A stretch of DNA of 36,584 nt from an uncultured bacterium (GCA_942492765.1 OW818634.1:859159-895742); one strand, 5' to 3'. Shown: positions 7,475 to 17,048, counted from the stretch's first letter. Notes: a model not told the origin generated them from the sequence alone. A program made the numbers and translations.

Positions 7475-8137
7475 ATGAAAAAAATTTTTCTCATCCCCGT
7501 TTCTTTTTTAGCCCTGCTTTTAGTACTGACTGGCTGTACTAAAGCTTCTCCGGCAACGGATAAGCAAGCTGAGCAGGATATTAATAAGCCTAGCCGAATG
7601 CGCCAGCCTGACTTCGGCCAGCCTGAGCGTACGCCTGATGTCCGAGGCATAGTCAAGAGCGTCGTCGGCAATGAAGTGACTATTCTAAAGATTGATCGTC
7701 AGCTGGGAAATCGCAATGCTAGCTCGACGACAGAGCAGGCTAATAATGGTTCGGCGACTAAGACTTCTGCCGTGAGTTTGACCGGGATTGCCGGCGGAGC
7801 CGGAGGAGGAGTTGGCGGTGGCCGGATGATGGGCGCCGGCGGACCAGGCGGTCCGGGAGAACAGACTTCTGAGACTAGGGCGCAGATGCTCGCGAAGCTT
7901 AAAGAAATGAGCACCGGCGAAGAGAAGATAATTATTCCAGTGGGTATCAGGATGCTGAAGATGGATACCAGTAATGATGCTAGAACCATGGTCGAAGCGA
8001 CGCTCGCTGATATCACGGCTGATAAGAATGTCGTCATCTGGATAAGCGCCCCGGCCGTGGCCGCTGAATCTGTCGCCGCTAGCAGCACTCCGGTCGCTAC
8101 TCCTAGCAAGATAGCGGAATTCGTTCTCATTAATTAA
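7475..8137 (+). CDS. Lipoprotein with a Gly-rich insert; possible DUF5666/OB-fold-like beta domain
   Basis: Lipobox VLTGC; GIVKSVVGNEVTI...IIIPVGIRM...ATLADI..DKNVVIW; GGAGGGVGGGRMMGAGGPGG. Confidence 0.6.
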   Translation: MKKIFLIPVSFLALLLVLTGCTKASPATDKQAEQDINKPSRMRQPDFGQPERTPDVRGIVKSVVGNEVTILKIDRQLGNRNASSTTEQANNGSATKTSAVSLTGIAGGAGGGVGGGRMMGAGGPGGPGEQTSETRAQMLAKLKEMSTGEEKIIIPVGIRMLKMDTSNDARTMVEATLADITADKNVVIWISAPAVAAESVAASSTPVATPSKIAEFVLIN

Positions 8138-8145
8138 CCAAATCT

Positions 8146-10008
8146 ATGGCTCAATCTATTCTCGAAGAAAGCAAGAAGGCTAAGCAAGGCATCTTTCATT
8201 TCGTCTTTAAGAAAAAATTTCTCATAATCTGCGGCGCTATCTTAATTATCGCCGGCGGATCGTATTATCTTTTCTTTTTTAATAAGCAGCAGTCAGCTGT
8301 CGCTGTCCAGCAGAAGCAGGTAACCGTCAAGAAAGCTGATTTGAAGATTTCCGTCAGTTCTAGCGGCAAGGTTGTCGCCAAAGACGGCGTAAAATTATCC
8401 TTTCCGGTCAGCGGCAATCTGGAGGTGAGTAATGTCTATGTCAAAGAAGGCGATAAGATCAAGAAAGGAGACAAGATCGCTTCCGTCAAGACAGAAACTT
8501 TGGAATTCGAATTGCGCAACGCTTATGCCAGCTACCAGTCAGCTTTAGCTAATTATAATGCTAAGGCCGATCCGGCCGCCAGTACGGTCAGCAAATCAAA
8601 AGCGTCCGTAGATCAAGCCCAAGTTTCCTTGGACCAGGCGAAGATTAGCTTGGAGCAGACTAAGATGACCACGGCGCAGAGCGTCGCCAATGCCGAGATG
8701 AGTGTCCAGACCGCGGCCAGTAACCTGAAGATGAATACTGATGTTAATGATAGCGAAATCGTGCGCAGCGCTTATTCCAGCCTCATCGCTTCCGTCAAAT
8801 CGATCAATATTTCCTTGCAGAAGATATTGCGTGATTCTGATAGCGTGCTCGGCGTGGATGATTCTATGATTAACGCTGATTTTAAATCCGTCTTAGGAGC
8901 CAGGGATTCGACTTCTTATGGCACGGCGAAAAATAGTTATAGTGCGGCTAAACAGGCGCGGACAGAATTGGATCTGCTTGCTAATTCCTTGTTTCTTTCA
9001 GATACGGCGGCTATAGACCGGGCGGCTGATAAGGCTGAAGACGTGCTAATAGTTTTCCAGAACCATTTATATGACATGCAGGCTCTCTTGGAAGCGACCA
9101 TCACTTCCGTCACTCTTTCGCAGTCTGAGCTGGATGGATTCAAATCGACAGTCAGCTCTGACCGGACGAACGTCAATTCCTCTATTTCCAGCCTGGATAA
9201 TTCCGTCCTTAGCGTCACTAACGCTAAGAGCAGCCTGGATCAATACGAATTAGCTTATGATAAGGCAGTCAATGATCTGGCCGTGGCCAAGAGCCAGGCC
9301 GAGCAGAACGTGAATAATTCGACTATTTCGGTCCATTCGCGCGAAATAGCGCTTGAGCAGGCCAAGAATGATTATAATATCTTAATTACGCCCTCTTCCG
9401 CGGACCTAGCTTCGGCTAGATCGCAGCTGACCTCGGCGGCCGTTTCCGTGGATCGAGCGAAATATAATGTCGAGCAAGCGACCCTAGTTTCTCCTATCGA
9501 CGGCGTAGTCGCGGCTCTTAATTATAAGACCGGAGACATCATCATGAGCGATGCGACCGATAAGACTATGGCTTCAATCATCAATAATGATACTCTGTTC
9601 ATCGAAGCGAACATCGAGGAGGCTGATATCAGCAAGCTCAAGGTCGGCGAGAAAGCGCAGGTGACTTTTGATGCTGTCGATGGAGTTGTCCTGACTGGCG
9701 AGGTGAGCTTCATCTCCCTGACTTCCGATACCAGCGCTAACGGCATCGTTACTTATCTTGTCCGCGTCATCCTAACTAATACCGCGGCCGCGCAGGTAAG
9801 GGAAGGCATGACCGCGGCGATCGAATTCGTCACGTCTGAAGCTCCCGGCGTCTTATCCATACCAGTCGCGGCTGTCCATAATATCGGTGGCAAGCCGGCG
9901 GTCGAGAAGCGAGACGGAACTGTCGCCAATGTTACGACCGGTTTCACCGACGGCAAGAATGTCGAAGTGATAAGCGGCCTGAGCGAAGGCGAGGTCATTG
10001 TTTACTAA
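8146..10008 (+). CDS. Efflux periplasmic adaptor subunit (MacA/YknX-like) with a greatly extended helical hairpin
   Basis: N-terminal TM anchor, lipoyl half V.V.EGDKIKKGD.IA, long coiled coil, second half L.SPIDGVV, beta-barrel I.EADI.KLKVG, membrane-proximal G..DGKNVEVISGL.EGE. Confidence 0.9.
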   Translation: MAQSILEESKKAKQGIFHFVFKKKFLIICGAILIIAGGSYYLFFFNKQQSAVAVQQKQVTVKKADLKISVSSSGKVVAKDGVKLSFPVSGNLEVSNVYVKEGDKIKKGDKIASVKTETLEFELRNAYASYQSALANYNAKADPAASTVSKSKASVDQAQVSLDQAKISLEQTKMTTAQSVANAEMSVQTAASNLKMNTDVNDSEIVRSAYSSLIASVKSINISLQKILRDSDSVLGVDDSMINADFKSVLGARDSTSYGTAKNSYSAAKQARTELDLLANSLFLSDTAAIDRAADKAEDVLIVFQNHLYDMQALLEATITSVTLSQSELDGFKSTVSSDRTNVNSSISSLDNSVLSVTNAKSSLDQYELAYDKAVNDLAVAKSQAEQNVNNSTISVHSREIALEQAKNDYNILITPSSADLASARSQLTSAAVSVDRAKYNVEQATLVSPIDGVVAALNYKTGDIIMSDATDKTMASIINNDTLFIEANIEEADISKLKVGEKAQVTFDAVDGVVLTGEVSFISLTSDTSANGIVTYLVRVILTNTAAAQVREGMTAAIEFVTSEAPGVLSIPVAAVHNIGGKPAVEKRDGTVANVTTGFTDGKNVEVISGLSEGEVIVY

Positions 10009-10026
10009 TAAGAGCAATCATCCGCT

Positions 10027-10737
10027 ATGTCTGGAAATATCGCTATAAAATTAGAGAATGCTCAGAAATCGTATTATCTGGGAAACGGCGAAGAGATCCC
10101 TGTCTTGAAGGGTATTAACCTGGAAATCAAGAAGGGTGAGTTCGTCGCGATCATGGGAGAATCCGGCGGCGGCAAGACTACGCTCTTGAATATCATCGGC
10201 TGCTTGCACCCGTTGACTAAAGGAAAATATTTTTTAGACGGAGAGAATATTGGAGAAGTGAAAGATGATTTTACGCTCGCTTTCATCCGCAATAAGAAGA
10301 TGGGCTTCGTCTTCCAGCAGTTCAATCTCTTCTCGCGTTTCTCCGCGCTGAAGAATGTCGCTCTGCCAGCTCTCTATGCCGGCATGCCGGCGGACGAACG
10401 CGAGAAAAAAGCGCAAGCCCTCCTTAAGTCAGTCGGCATGGGTGAGCGCGTCAATCATAAGCCGACGGAATTATCCGGCGGCCAGCAGCAGCGCGTCGCT
10501 ATCTGCCGCGCCTTGATAAACGATCCGGAAATAATCTTGGCGGACGAACCGACCGGCGCTCTGGATTCTAAATCCGGCTTAGAAGTCATGGATATTTTTA
10601 CGGAATTCAAGAAGCAGGGTCGGACCGTCGTTATGGTCACTCATACTGCCGAGGTCGCGAAGTATGCCGACCGGGTTATCTATTTGCGCGACGGTCAGGT
10701 ATTGAGTGATAATTATAAGCTGCATAGCGACTATTAA
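10027..10737 (+). CDS. ABC transporter ATP-binding protein (MacB/LolD family)
   Basis: Walker [38 protein letters not shown]. Confidence 0.95.
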   Translation: MSGNIAIKLENAQKSYYLGNGEEIPVLKGINLEIKKGEFVAIMGESGGGKTTLLNIIGCLHPLTKGKYFLDGENIGEVKDDFTLAFIRNKKMGFVFQQFNLFSRFSALKNVALPALYAGMPADEREKKAQALLKSVGMGERVNHKPTELSGGQQQRVAICRALINDPEIILADEPTGALDSKSGLEVMDIFTEFKKQGRTVVMVTHTAEVAKYADRVIYLRDGQVLSDNYKLHSDY

Positions 10738-10738
10738 T

Positions 10739-11935
10739 ATGAATCTGGAAATTATCAAAATGGCTTTTGAATCATTGCTGGCCAAGAAGACACGGACATT
10801 CTTGTCTATGCTCGGCATTATCATCGGCGTGGCTACGGTCATCGCCGTTTTTGCCGTCGGCCAAGGAGCACAGGAATCGGTTAATTCCCAGTTTCAGAAT
10901 TTGAGCGCCAATTCTATCCTGATCATGCCGAATCGCGGCCGCGGCTTCACCAGCAGTTCGAAATTGAAAACCGCCGACGCCCAATTATTATTAAGCGCCG
11001 ATCATATCGCTTCTGCTACCGGTGCTATCCAGGGAAACGCGACAGTCTCGTTCGGCTCGACCGATAAGAGTTATAGCGTCGTCGGCGTGGATCAGAACTT
11101 TATTTCTATTTCTAATCTCTCTATTGAGCAAGGACGCGGCATCGAGCAGGATGATATCGATAATAAGACGACAGTCGGCGTTATCGGCGCCACGGTCGTT
11201 TCCGATCTTTTTTCTGACGGTATCAGCCCCATCGGCCAAGAGATCACAGTCAGCGGTAAGAAGATCGAAATCGTGGGTGTTCTGAAAAAATTAGGTTCGC
11301 GCATCGGTATGATTTCTGTCGATTCGGCCGTTATCATTCCGAGCACGACCGCTGAGAAAAGCATCCTGGGCTCGAAAGGGCAAGTGATGATCACGACTGC
11401 GGTCGATAACGTCGATAATTCTGGTTTGGCGACTTCGAGCATTACCGCCTTGTTAAGAGAAGAGCATAAGCTGAAGGCTAGCCAGGAAAATGATTTTCAG
11501 ATCATGGATGCCGGCAGCATGGTCGCGGCCGCGCAAGCTTCGGCCAAGACCATGTCCGCTCTTCTGACCGCGATTGCCGCGATTACCTTATTGGTTTCCG
11601 GCATCGGCATCATGAATGTCATGTTCGTGACCGTAGCCGAAAGGACCAAAGAGATCGGCATCGCCAAGGCTATCGGCGGCAAGCGTTCCGATATCTTGAG
11701 TCAGTTCTTGTTGGAATCAGTTATCCTCTCGACGGTCGGCGGCGTGATTGGCATGATCATTGGCCAAGGGGCAATTCCGCTCATTTCCTATTTTGATATC
11801 ATCAGTATGGCCTCTTCTATAAATGGTCCGGTCATCGGCTTTACTTTTTCCGTCCTCGTCGGCGTCTTTTTTGGCTTTTATCCCGCCTTCCAGGCCAGCC
11901 GTCTCGATCCGGTTGACGCGCTGAGGAGCGAATAG
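10739..11935 (+). CDS. ABC transporter permease (MacB/FtsX family); start reassigned from 10706 to ATG 10739
   Basis: RTFLSMLGIIIGVA.V, large extracytoplasmic loop, GIGIMN.M.V.V.ERTKEIGI.KAIG, PA..A.RLDPVDALRSE. Confidence 0.93.
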   Translation: MNLEIIKMAFESLLAKKTRTFLSMLGIIIGVATVIAVFAVGQGAQESVNSQFQNLSANSILIMPNRGRGFTSSSKLKTADAQLLLSADHIASATGAIQGNATVSFGSTDKSYSVVGVDQNFISISNLSIEQGRGIEQDDIDNKTTVGVIGATVVSDLFSDGISPIGQEITVSGKKIEIVGVLKKLGSRIGMISVDSAVIIPSTTAEKSILGSKGQVMITTAVDNVDNSGLATSSITALLREEHKLKASQENDFQIMDAGSMVAAAQASAKTMSALLTAIAAITLLVSGIGIMNVMFVTVAERTKEIGIAKAIGGKRSDILSQFLLESVILSTVGGVIGMIIGQGAIPLISYFDIISMASSINGPVIGFTFSVLVGVFFGFYPAFQASRLDPVDALRSE

Positions 11936-11971
11936 GCCTGATCATGGCTCGAGCTTATTTTTATAGGGCAT

Positions 11972-11998
11972 AAAACTTCCTGCCTGGGAAGTTTTTTT
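11972..11998 (+). terminator. Intrinsic terminator
   Basis: aaaacttcc-tgcctg-ggaagtttt followed by a T tract. Confidence 0.8.
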
Positions 11999-12049
11999 AT
12001 TTTCGCGGGGATGATATCATATATCCATAATTAATATTAGGGGATCTAT

Positions 12050-12940
12050 ATGACGGACAATGTGATCATAGTTAATCCGGACAAGCTAGGGAAGATAAAA
12101 GAGAATATTAAGCAAGCCGGAGCGGAATCTGTCCATATATTATCTGATTTTGACCGTACCCTGACTTATCATTCTCAGGCCGGCCGCAAGAATTCCGCTC
12201 TGATTGCTGTCTTGCAGGACGGAGACTACTTGCCTCAGGAATATCGTAATCAGGTAGCCGCTTTATATCAGAAATATTATCCGATTGAATATGATCCCGA
12301 TATCCCTCTGCCGGAGAAAAAAGCGGCTATGGTCGAATGGTGGAATGAAGCTTTCGGATTATTGATAGCTTTCGGCCTAACCGAAGATATTGTCAGGCGC
12401 GCTGTAGCCGATAGCCGGATCAAGCTTAGGGACGGGGTAGAGGCTTGGCTGGATACGATCAAGGCTCTCGGCATTCCTCTGGTCATCTTTTCCGCATCGG
12501 CTTTTGGCAAGGAAGCGATCGATGTCTTCTTGGATAATCTTCAGCGCCATCTGCCTGATATTCATATCATGGCCAATTCTTTCATCTGGAACGAGGCCGG
12601 GAAGGCGGTCGGCATCCGTGAGCCAATCATCCATTCCTATAATAAAGACGAGACTTTGATTCAGGATTTTCCTTTCTTCCCGGAAATAAAAAATCGCCGC
12701 AATGTTATCTTGTTCGGCGATTCTTTAGGCGACGTCGGCATGGCCGAAGGCTTCGAGCACGATAATCTTCTAAAAATCGGCTTCCTGAATGAAGGAGCGG
12801 ATAATAATCTCCCTAGCTTCAAGCAGGCTTACGATGTCGTCATCATGGGCGACGCTTCTTTCGATTTCGTCAATTATTTATTTTCAGATCTTTTTCCGGC
12901 GCATCAGGAGAGTGTTGAGCACGACGCTGACCGAGGATAA
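12050..12940 (+). CDS. HAD-superfamily pyrimidine 5'-nucleotidase (UMPH-1/cN-III, NT5C3-like)
   Basis: SDFDRTLT (motif I), KxxxMVEWW, IPLVIFSA, ANSF, IIHSYNK, NVILFGDSLGDVGM, LKIGFLN, YDVVIMGD. Confidence 0.8.
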   Translation: MTDNVIIVNPDKLGKIKENIKQAGAESVHILSDFDRTLTYHSQAGRKNSALIAVLQDGDYLPQEYRNQVAALYQKYYPIEYDPDIPLPEKKAAMVEWWNEAFGLLIAFGLTEDIVRRAVADSRIKLRDGVEAWLDTIKALGIPLVIFSASAFGKEAIDVFLDNLQRHLPDIHIMANSFIWNEAGKAVGIREPIIHSYNKDETLIQDFPFFPEIKNRRNVILFGDSLGDVGMAEGFEHDNLLKIGFLNEGADNNLPSFKQAYDVVIMGDASFDFVNYLFSDLFPAHQESVEHDADRG

Positions 12941-15229
12941 GGACATAGCTCCGGCCGCGACGATCGGGCTGAGCAATAATCCATAGGCCGGATAAAAAGC
13001 GCCGCCAGCTAAGGGCAGGGCGACGATATTATAGAAGAAGGCCCAGAAGAGATTTTGCTTTATCTTCTTGATAGTGAGACGGGAGATCATGATTGCCTTG
13101 ATTATTTTGGAGAGATCGCCGTGAAGCACGGTGATGTCAGCCGACTCGATTGCGACGTCTGATCCGGTCGCCATCGCGATGCCGATATCAGAGGCAGTCA
13201 GCGCGACCGCATCGTTCACTCCATCTCCGACCATGGCGACCGCTAGGCCGCCTTTTTTTAATTCTTTAACCTTATCAGCTTTCTCTAGCGGAGAAATTTC
13301 GGCGATGACTTCATCGATGCCGGCCAGGTCGGCAATATGGCGGGCGGCTTCATAACGGTCGCCGCTCAGCATCACTGTCTTTAGGCCGAGGCGCTTCAAT
13401 TCTGAAATCGCGGCCGCGGCGCCTGGCTTGATGGTATCGGCGACAGCGATGATGCCTAAGATATTCTTTCCCTCGCTTAGGATCATAGAGGTCTGTCCTT
13501 CTTTTTCTAAGGCTGTAATCTTGTCCATCGGCAGGTCAGCGCCTAATGCCCGCAGCATCTTCACGTTGCCGAGATGATATTTCTGGCCGTCGATCAGGCC
13601 GCTGACGCCCTGGCCGCTGATAGCGGAGAATTCAGACGTCTCTAATAAAGGAATATTCTCTTGTCTAGCATGAGCTATGACTGCCTGCGCGAGCGGATGT
13701 TCGGAATTATTCTCTAGGGAAGCGGCGAGCGCGATAATCTTGGCAGGGGAGTTATTCTGATTAAGAGTGATGATTTCTGTGACTGCCGGCTGTCCGCTAG
13801 TGATAGTGCCGGTCTTATCAAGCGCGATGATTTTGACGCGGCCTAATCTTTCTAGGGCATCAGCATTCTTGATGAGCAGTCCGTTCTTGCTGGCTAGACC
13901 GAGGCCGACGATTATTCCGGTCGGCGTCGCGAGACCGAGGGCGCAAGGGCAGGCGATAGCAAGGACGCTGATGAAAGCGGTGAGACCTAAGCTGACTGAT
14001 TCGGCCCAGCCCAAGTAGCGCGGTCCGATTATTAGCCAGGCGCCCAAGGTCAGGACAGATAAAGCAAGGACTATCGGCACGAAGATGCCGGAAACTTCGT
14101 CAGCTAATTTTTGGATAGGCGCTTTGGAATTCTGGGCATCAGAGATCGCCTTGATTATATTAGCGATGACCGTGTCGGCTCCGACTTTATTTATTTTGAC
14201 TTTCAGGACGCCTTGCTTGTTCAAGGTCGAACCGATGACTTCATCGCCGTTACTCTTATCTACAGGCAAGGATTCTCCGGTGATGAGCGCTTCGTCTACG
14301 GCTGACAGGCCGCTGACGACGATGCCGTCAGCCGGAATCTTCATGCCCGGTTTGACGATGACGATATCCCCGACCCTTAATTCGCTGATCGGAGTTTCTT
14401 TCTCTTGCCCGTCGATTTCCACTAGCGCCGTTTTGCTCTGCAGGCTCATCAGCTTCTCGATCGTGTCATTAGTCCTGAGCTTGGCTTTGTTCTCTAGATA
14501 TTTTCCTAAGTAGACGAGCGTAATGACGACGATAGTGACATCGAAGAAATAATTTTCGCCTAATCCGAGCGCCTGTCTCAGAGCTGGGAAAAGATATATC
14601 AGGGTCGAATAGAAATACGCGGTGCCGGTGCCGATCCCGATGAGGGTATCCATATTAGCGCGGCCGTAGCGGAAGAAGCGGCCGGCGCCTTTTAAGAAAT
14701 CGCGGCCGAGCCAGAAGATGATGACGGTCGCAGTAATGAAGACGAGCGGCATGAATATCGTTCCCGGAATCAGTTCAGCTGGCGTAAATTTGAAATAACT
14801 GGCGGCGAGCGACCAGAAGACCGCTATCAGGATTAAGCTCATGAGCGGCAAGGCGATCTTTAATTTATTCTTTTGGCTCTCTAGCTCCGCCAGCTTAGCG
14901 GCTCTCATCGTCCGCAGATCGCCTCCGGCCGCCAGGCCGTGGTCCATATGATCATGATCCATGTTCATATGATCCATGTCCGCTTGGCCCGCGGGTTTTG
15001 CAGAAGATAAGCTATCTGGAAATTTTAAGCCATAGCCTAATTTTTCCAGATTCTTATTGGCCGAAGCCGGAGAGAAAGACTCGGCCTCGAATTCCAAGTT
15101 AGCCTCTTCGGTCAACGGGTTGACTTGGATGTTTTTTACTCCAGGCTCTTTCTTGAGCTCTTTCTCAACGATCTTGGCGCAGGAGGCGCAATGCAGGCCG
15201 CTGACGCCGATGCGAATTTTGTTTTCCAT
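12884..15229 (-). CDS. copA: Copper-translocating P1B-type ATPase
   Basis: HMA GLHCASC, His/Met linker, ANMDTL, TGES, ACPCALGLATP, DKTGT, SEHPLA, GDGVND, YN..ALP, MSLSSVSV. Confidence 0.95.
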   Translation of the reverse strand: MENKIRIGVSGLHCASCAKIVEKELKKEPGVKNIQVNPLTEEANLEFEAESFSPASANKNLEKLGYGLKFPDSLSSAKPAGQADMDHMNMDHDHMDHGLAAGGDLRTMRAAKLAELESQKNKLKIALPLMSLILIAVFWSLAASYFKFTPAELIPGTIFMPLVFITATVIIFWLGRDFLKGAGRFFRYGRANMDTLIGIGTGTAYFYSTLIYLFPALRQALGLGENYFFDVTIVVITLVYLGKYLENKAKLRTNDTIEKLMSLQSKTALVEIDGQEKETPISELRVGDIVIVKPGMKIPADGIVVSGLSAVDEALITGESLPVDKSNGDEVIGSTLNKQGVLKVKINKVGADTVIANIIKAISDAQNSKAPIQKLADEVSGIFVPIVLALSVLTLGAWLIIGPRYLGWAESVSLGLTAFISVLAIACPCALGLATPTGIIVGLGLASKNGLLIKNADALERLGRVKIIALDKTGTITSGQPAVTEIITLNQNNSPAKIIALAASLENNSEHPLAQAVIAHARQENIPLLETSEFSAISGQGVSGLIDGQKYHLGNVKMLRALGADLPMDKITALEKEGQTSMILSEGKNILGIIAVADTIKPGAAAAISELKRLGLKTVMLSGDRYEAARHIADLAGIDEVIAEISPLEKADKVKELKKGGLAVAMVGDGVNDAVALTASDIGIAMATGSDVAIESADITVLHGDLSKIIKAIMISRLTIKKIKQNLFWAFFYNIVALPLAGGAFYPAYGLLLSPIVAAGAMSLSSVSVVLNTLLMRRKKI

Positions 15230-15257
15230 ATGTTTGGCTTATTATTTTAAGCTTTAT

Positions 15258-16598
15258 TTATTTTTCAACGACCTGGAAGCTGCCGGTGTACATGCCCATA
15301 GAGCAGGAGAAGGGGATAGATCCGGTTTTAGTGGGCGTGAATTCAATGATATTCTCGCCGCGCTCCAATTGTTTTTGGATCCTGAGAGACGGGACGATCA
15401 AGGCGCTGGCGCAGGAATATGGCGCTTCGGCCGTAATTATCCAGCGGACCGGCTTGTCTTTGATGATCGTGAACTTATTCGGTAAATAGCCGCGGTTATT
15501 TTCCGTCATCCTGATGATTTGGATATCGTTATTTTCCCGATCAGTATTAGCGGCGGAATTATTTTTTTCTGCTTGTTCTTTTTTGACGCCTGTTTCTGCT
15601 GTGCCGGAAATCCTGAATAGCTTATAGCCGTTATTGAGATTGAATAGGCCGAAGATGACGATGATAATGCCAGCGGCTTTGAAGAAAGAAACATTTTTTC
15701 GGCCGCTTAATAACGAAGCTAGGCCGCCTATGCCCAGGAGTCCGGGCGCGGTGCCGAGCGCGAATAACCCCATGACGAGGCCGCCTTTCAGGAAACTTCC
15801 AGAATTCAGAGCATATAATTGCATCGCCTGCGTGAAGCCGCAGGGCATGAAGAAGGTTAGGGCGCCGAGGGCGAGCGGGTTATCTATCTTTAAGATTCTG
15901 CCCCAGCTCTTAGGCAAGGAAAAATCTAGGCGATTGATGAAAGGGAATATATCTAGCAGCTTTAATCCGAGAATCAGGATTATCAGGCCGACAAAGATGG
16001 TGATCAGACTGTTGGCGAGGGCAGAGAGCTTGAAGACGCCGCCGATGACGCCCAATATTCCTCCGAGCGCGAAGAAGCCGAGAACACGGCCGGCGTTGAA
16101 TAATAGATGGGGCCGGAATTTCTGGCGCGCGCTAGCTTCAGGATGGCTTTTGGCATAATTAGCCGCCAGGCCCATGACTAAGCCGCCGACCAGCGCTAGA
16201 CAGGTTGAAGCGCCGGCAATCAAGCCGACGATGACAGCCAGAGGCCAAGAAAAATCTCGGTTAAGCCAGCTGCTCGGATCTAGATTTATCTGGTTGAAGA
16301 CCCAAAAGATGATCAGGACGGAACTGACGAGCGTCACGCCTTGGCTGAAGCTGGCGCCGCGCTTGCGAGTATCATCAGGAAGCTTCTTTTCGCCCAATCC
16401 ATAGCCGGCCTCTTTCAAGCGATGCTCAATCTCTTTCAGGCTCGGCTCTTCGCCTTCATAAGATATTTCCGCTTCTTCCGCGCTGAGATCGACAGAGACA
16501 TCTTTGACGCCCCTGATTTCCTTAAGAGCGTCTTCAGTCAGGATGACGCAGGCCTTGCAGTGCAGCCCGGAGACTGGCACGCTTATCTTCTTGAGCAT
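15258..16598 (-). CDS. HMA domain + DsbD/CcdA(TauE-like) transmembrane domain + C-terminal cupredoxin-like domain fusion
   Basis: GLHCKAC; TM Cys pair in ASTCLALVGG and FMPCGFTQ; C-terminal YSCA and FSCSMGMYTG. Confidence 0.85.
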   Translation of the reverse strand: MLKKISVPVSGLHCKACVILTEDALKEIRGVKDVSVDLSAEEAEISYEGEEPSLKEIEHRLKEAGYGLGEKKLPDDTRKRGASFSQGVTLVSSVLIIFWVFNQINLDPSSWLNRDFSWPLAVIVGLIAGASTCLALVGGLVMGLAANYAKSHPEASARQKFRPHLLFNAGRVLGFFALGGILGVIGGVFKLSALANSLITIFVGLIILILGLKLLDIFPFINRLDFSLPKSWGRILKIDNPLALGALTFFMPCGFTQAMQLYALNSGSFLKGGLVMGLFALGTAPGLLGIGGLASLLSGRKNVSFFKAAGIIIVIFGLFNLNNGYKLFRISGTAETGVKKEQAEKNNSAANTDRENNDIQIIRMTENNRGYLPNKFTIIKDKPVRWIITAEAPYSCASALIVPSLRIQKQLERGENIIEFTPTKTGSIPFSCSMGMYTGSFQVVEK

Positions 16599-16624
16599 AT
16601 GTTTATGATTATTTGTTAAGCCGA

Positions 16625-16897
16625 TTATTTATTCGCTAGCTTGTTGACTTTCAAGATCTCGTCGACCATGCGCTGTTTCAGCTTCTCGTTCTTAGAGGCC
16701 ATGGCGTTCTTGAAGCAGCTATTGAGATGGCCGTCTAAAAGCATCTGGTGCGCAGACTTGAGCAGGCCGATGACGGCCAGATTCTGCTGCATGATATCGA
16801 TGCAATAATCGCCTTTCTCAGTCATAGTAATCAGCTTCTCGGTTAAGCTCTTCGCCTTCTTGAAATTTATTAGAATCTTCTTTCTGTCTTGAGACAT
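16625..16897 (-). CDS. csoR: CsoR/RcnR family metal-sensing transcriptional repressor
   Basis: YCIDIMQQ..AV..LL......L.GHLNSC (Cys-His-Cys ligand set); first gene of the copA operon. Confidence 0.88.
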   Translation of the reverse strand: MSQDRKKILINFKKAKSLTEKLITMTEKGDYCIDIMQQNLAVIGLLKSAHQMLLDGHLNSCFKNAMASKNEKLKQRMVDEILKVNKLANK

Positions 16898-16930
16898 ATT
16901 TTTTTTGAGGGTTAGATGATTTATTTCTTT

Positions 16931-16959
16931 AGATACCTATACCTGGGGTGTAGGTATCT
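16931..16959. promoter_or_regulatory. Putative CsoR operator
   Basis: Inverted repeat AGATACCTA-tacctggggtg-TAGGTATCT around a G tract. It lies immediately downstream of the csoR -10 box. Confidence 0.75.
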
Positions 16960-16961
16960 TA

Positions 16962-16990
16962 ATCATAGCTTTTTATCTTTTCAGGGTCAA
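16962..16990 (-). promoter_or_regulatory. Sigma70-type promoter of csoR-copA operon
   Basis: Minus strand TTGACC-N17-TATGAT. Confidence 0.7.
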
Positions 16991-17019
16991 GCCTGGCTGC
17001 CGCCGCGGCGGAAAAGGAT

Positions 17020-17048
17020 TTGCTTTTCGGCTATTTTCTTGGTATAAT
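17020..17048 (+). promoter_or_regulatory. Sigma70-type promoter of ZIP-RND operon
   Basis: TTGCTT-N17-TATAAT. Confidence 0.7.

Noticed and set aside
10706-10738. Longer N-terminus for the ABC permease
   Set aside because: It overlaps the ATPase gene in another frame. The ATG at 10739 directly follows the ATPase stop and gives a typical MacB-permease start.
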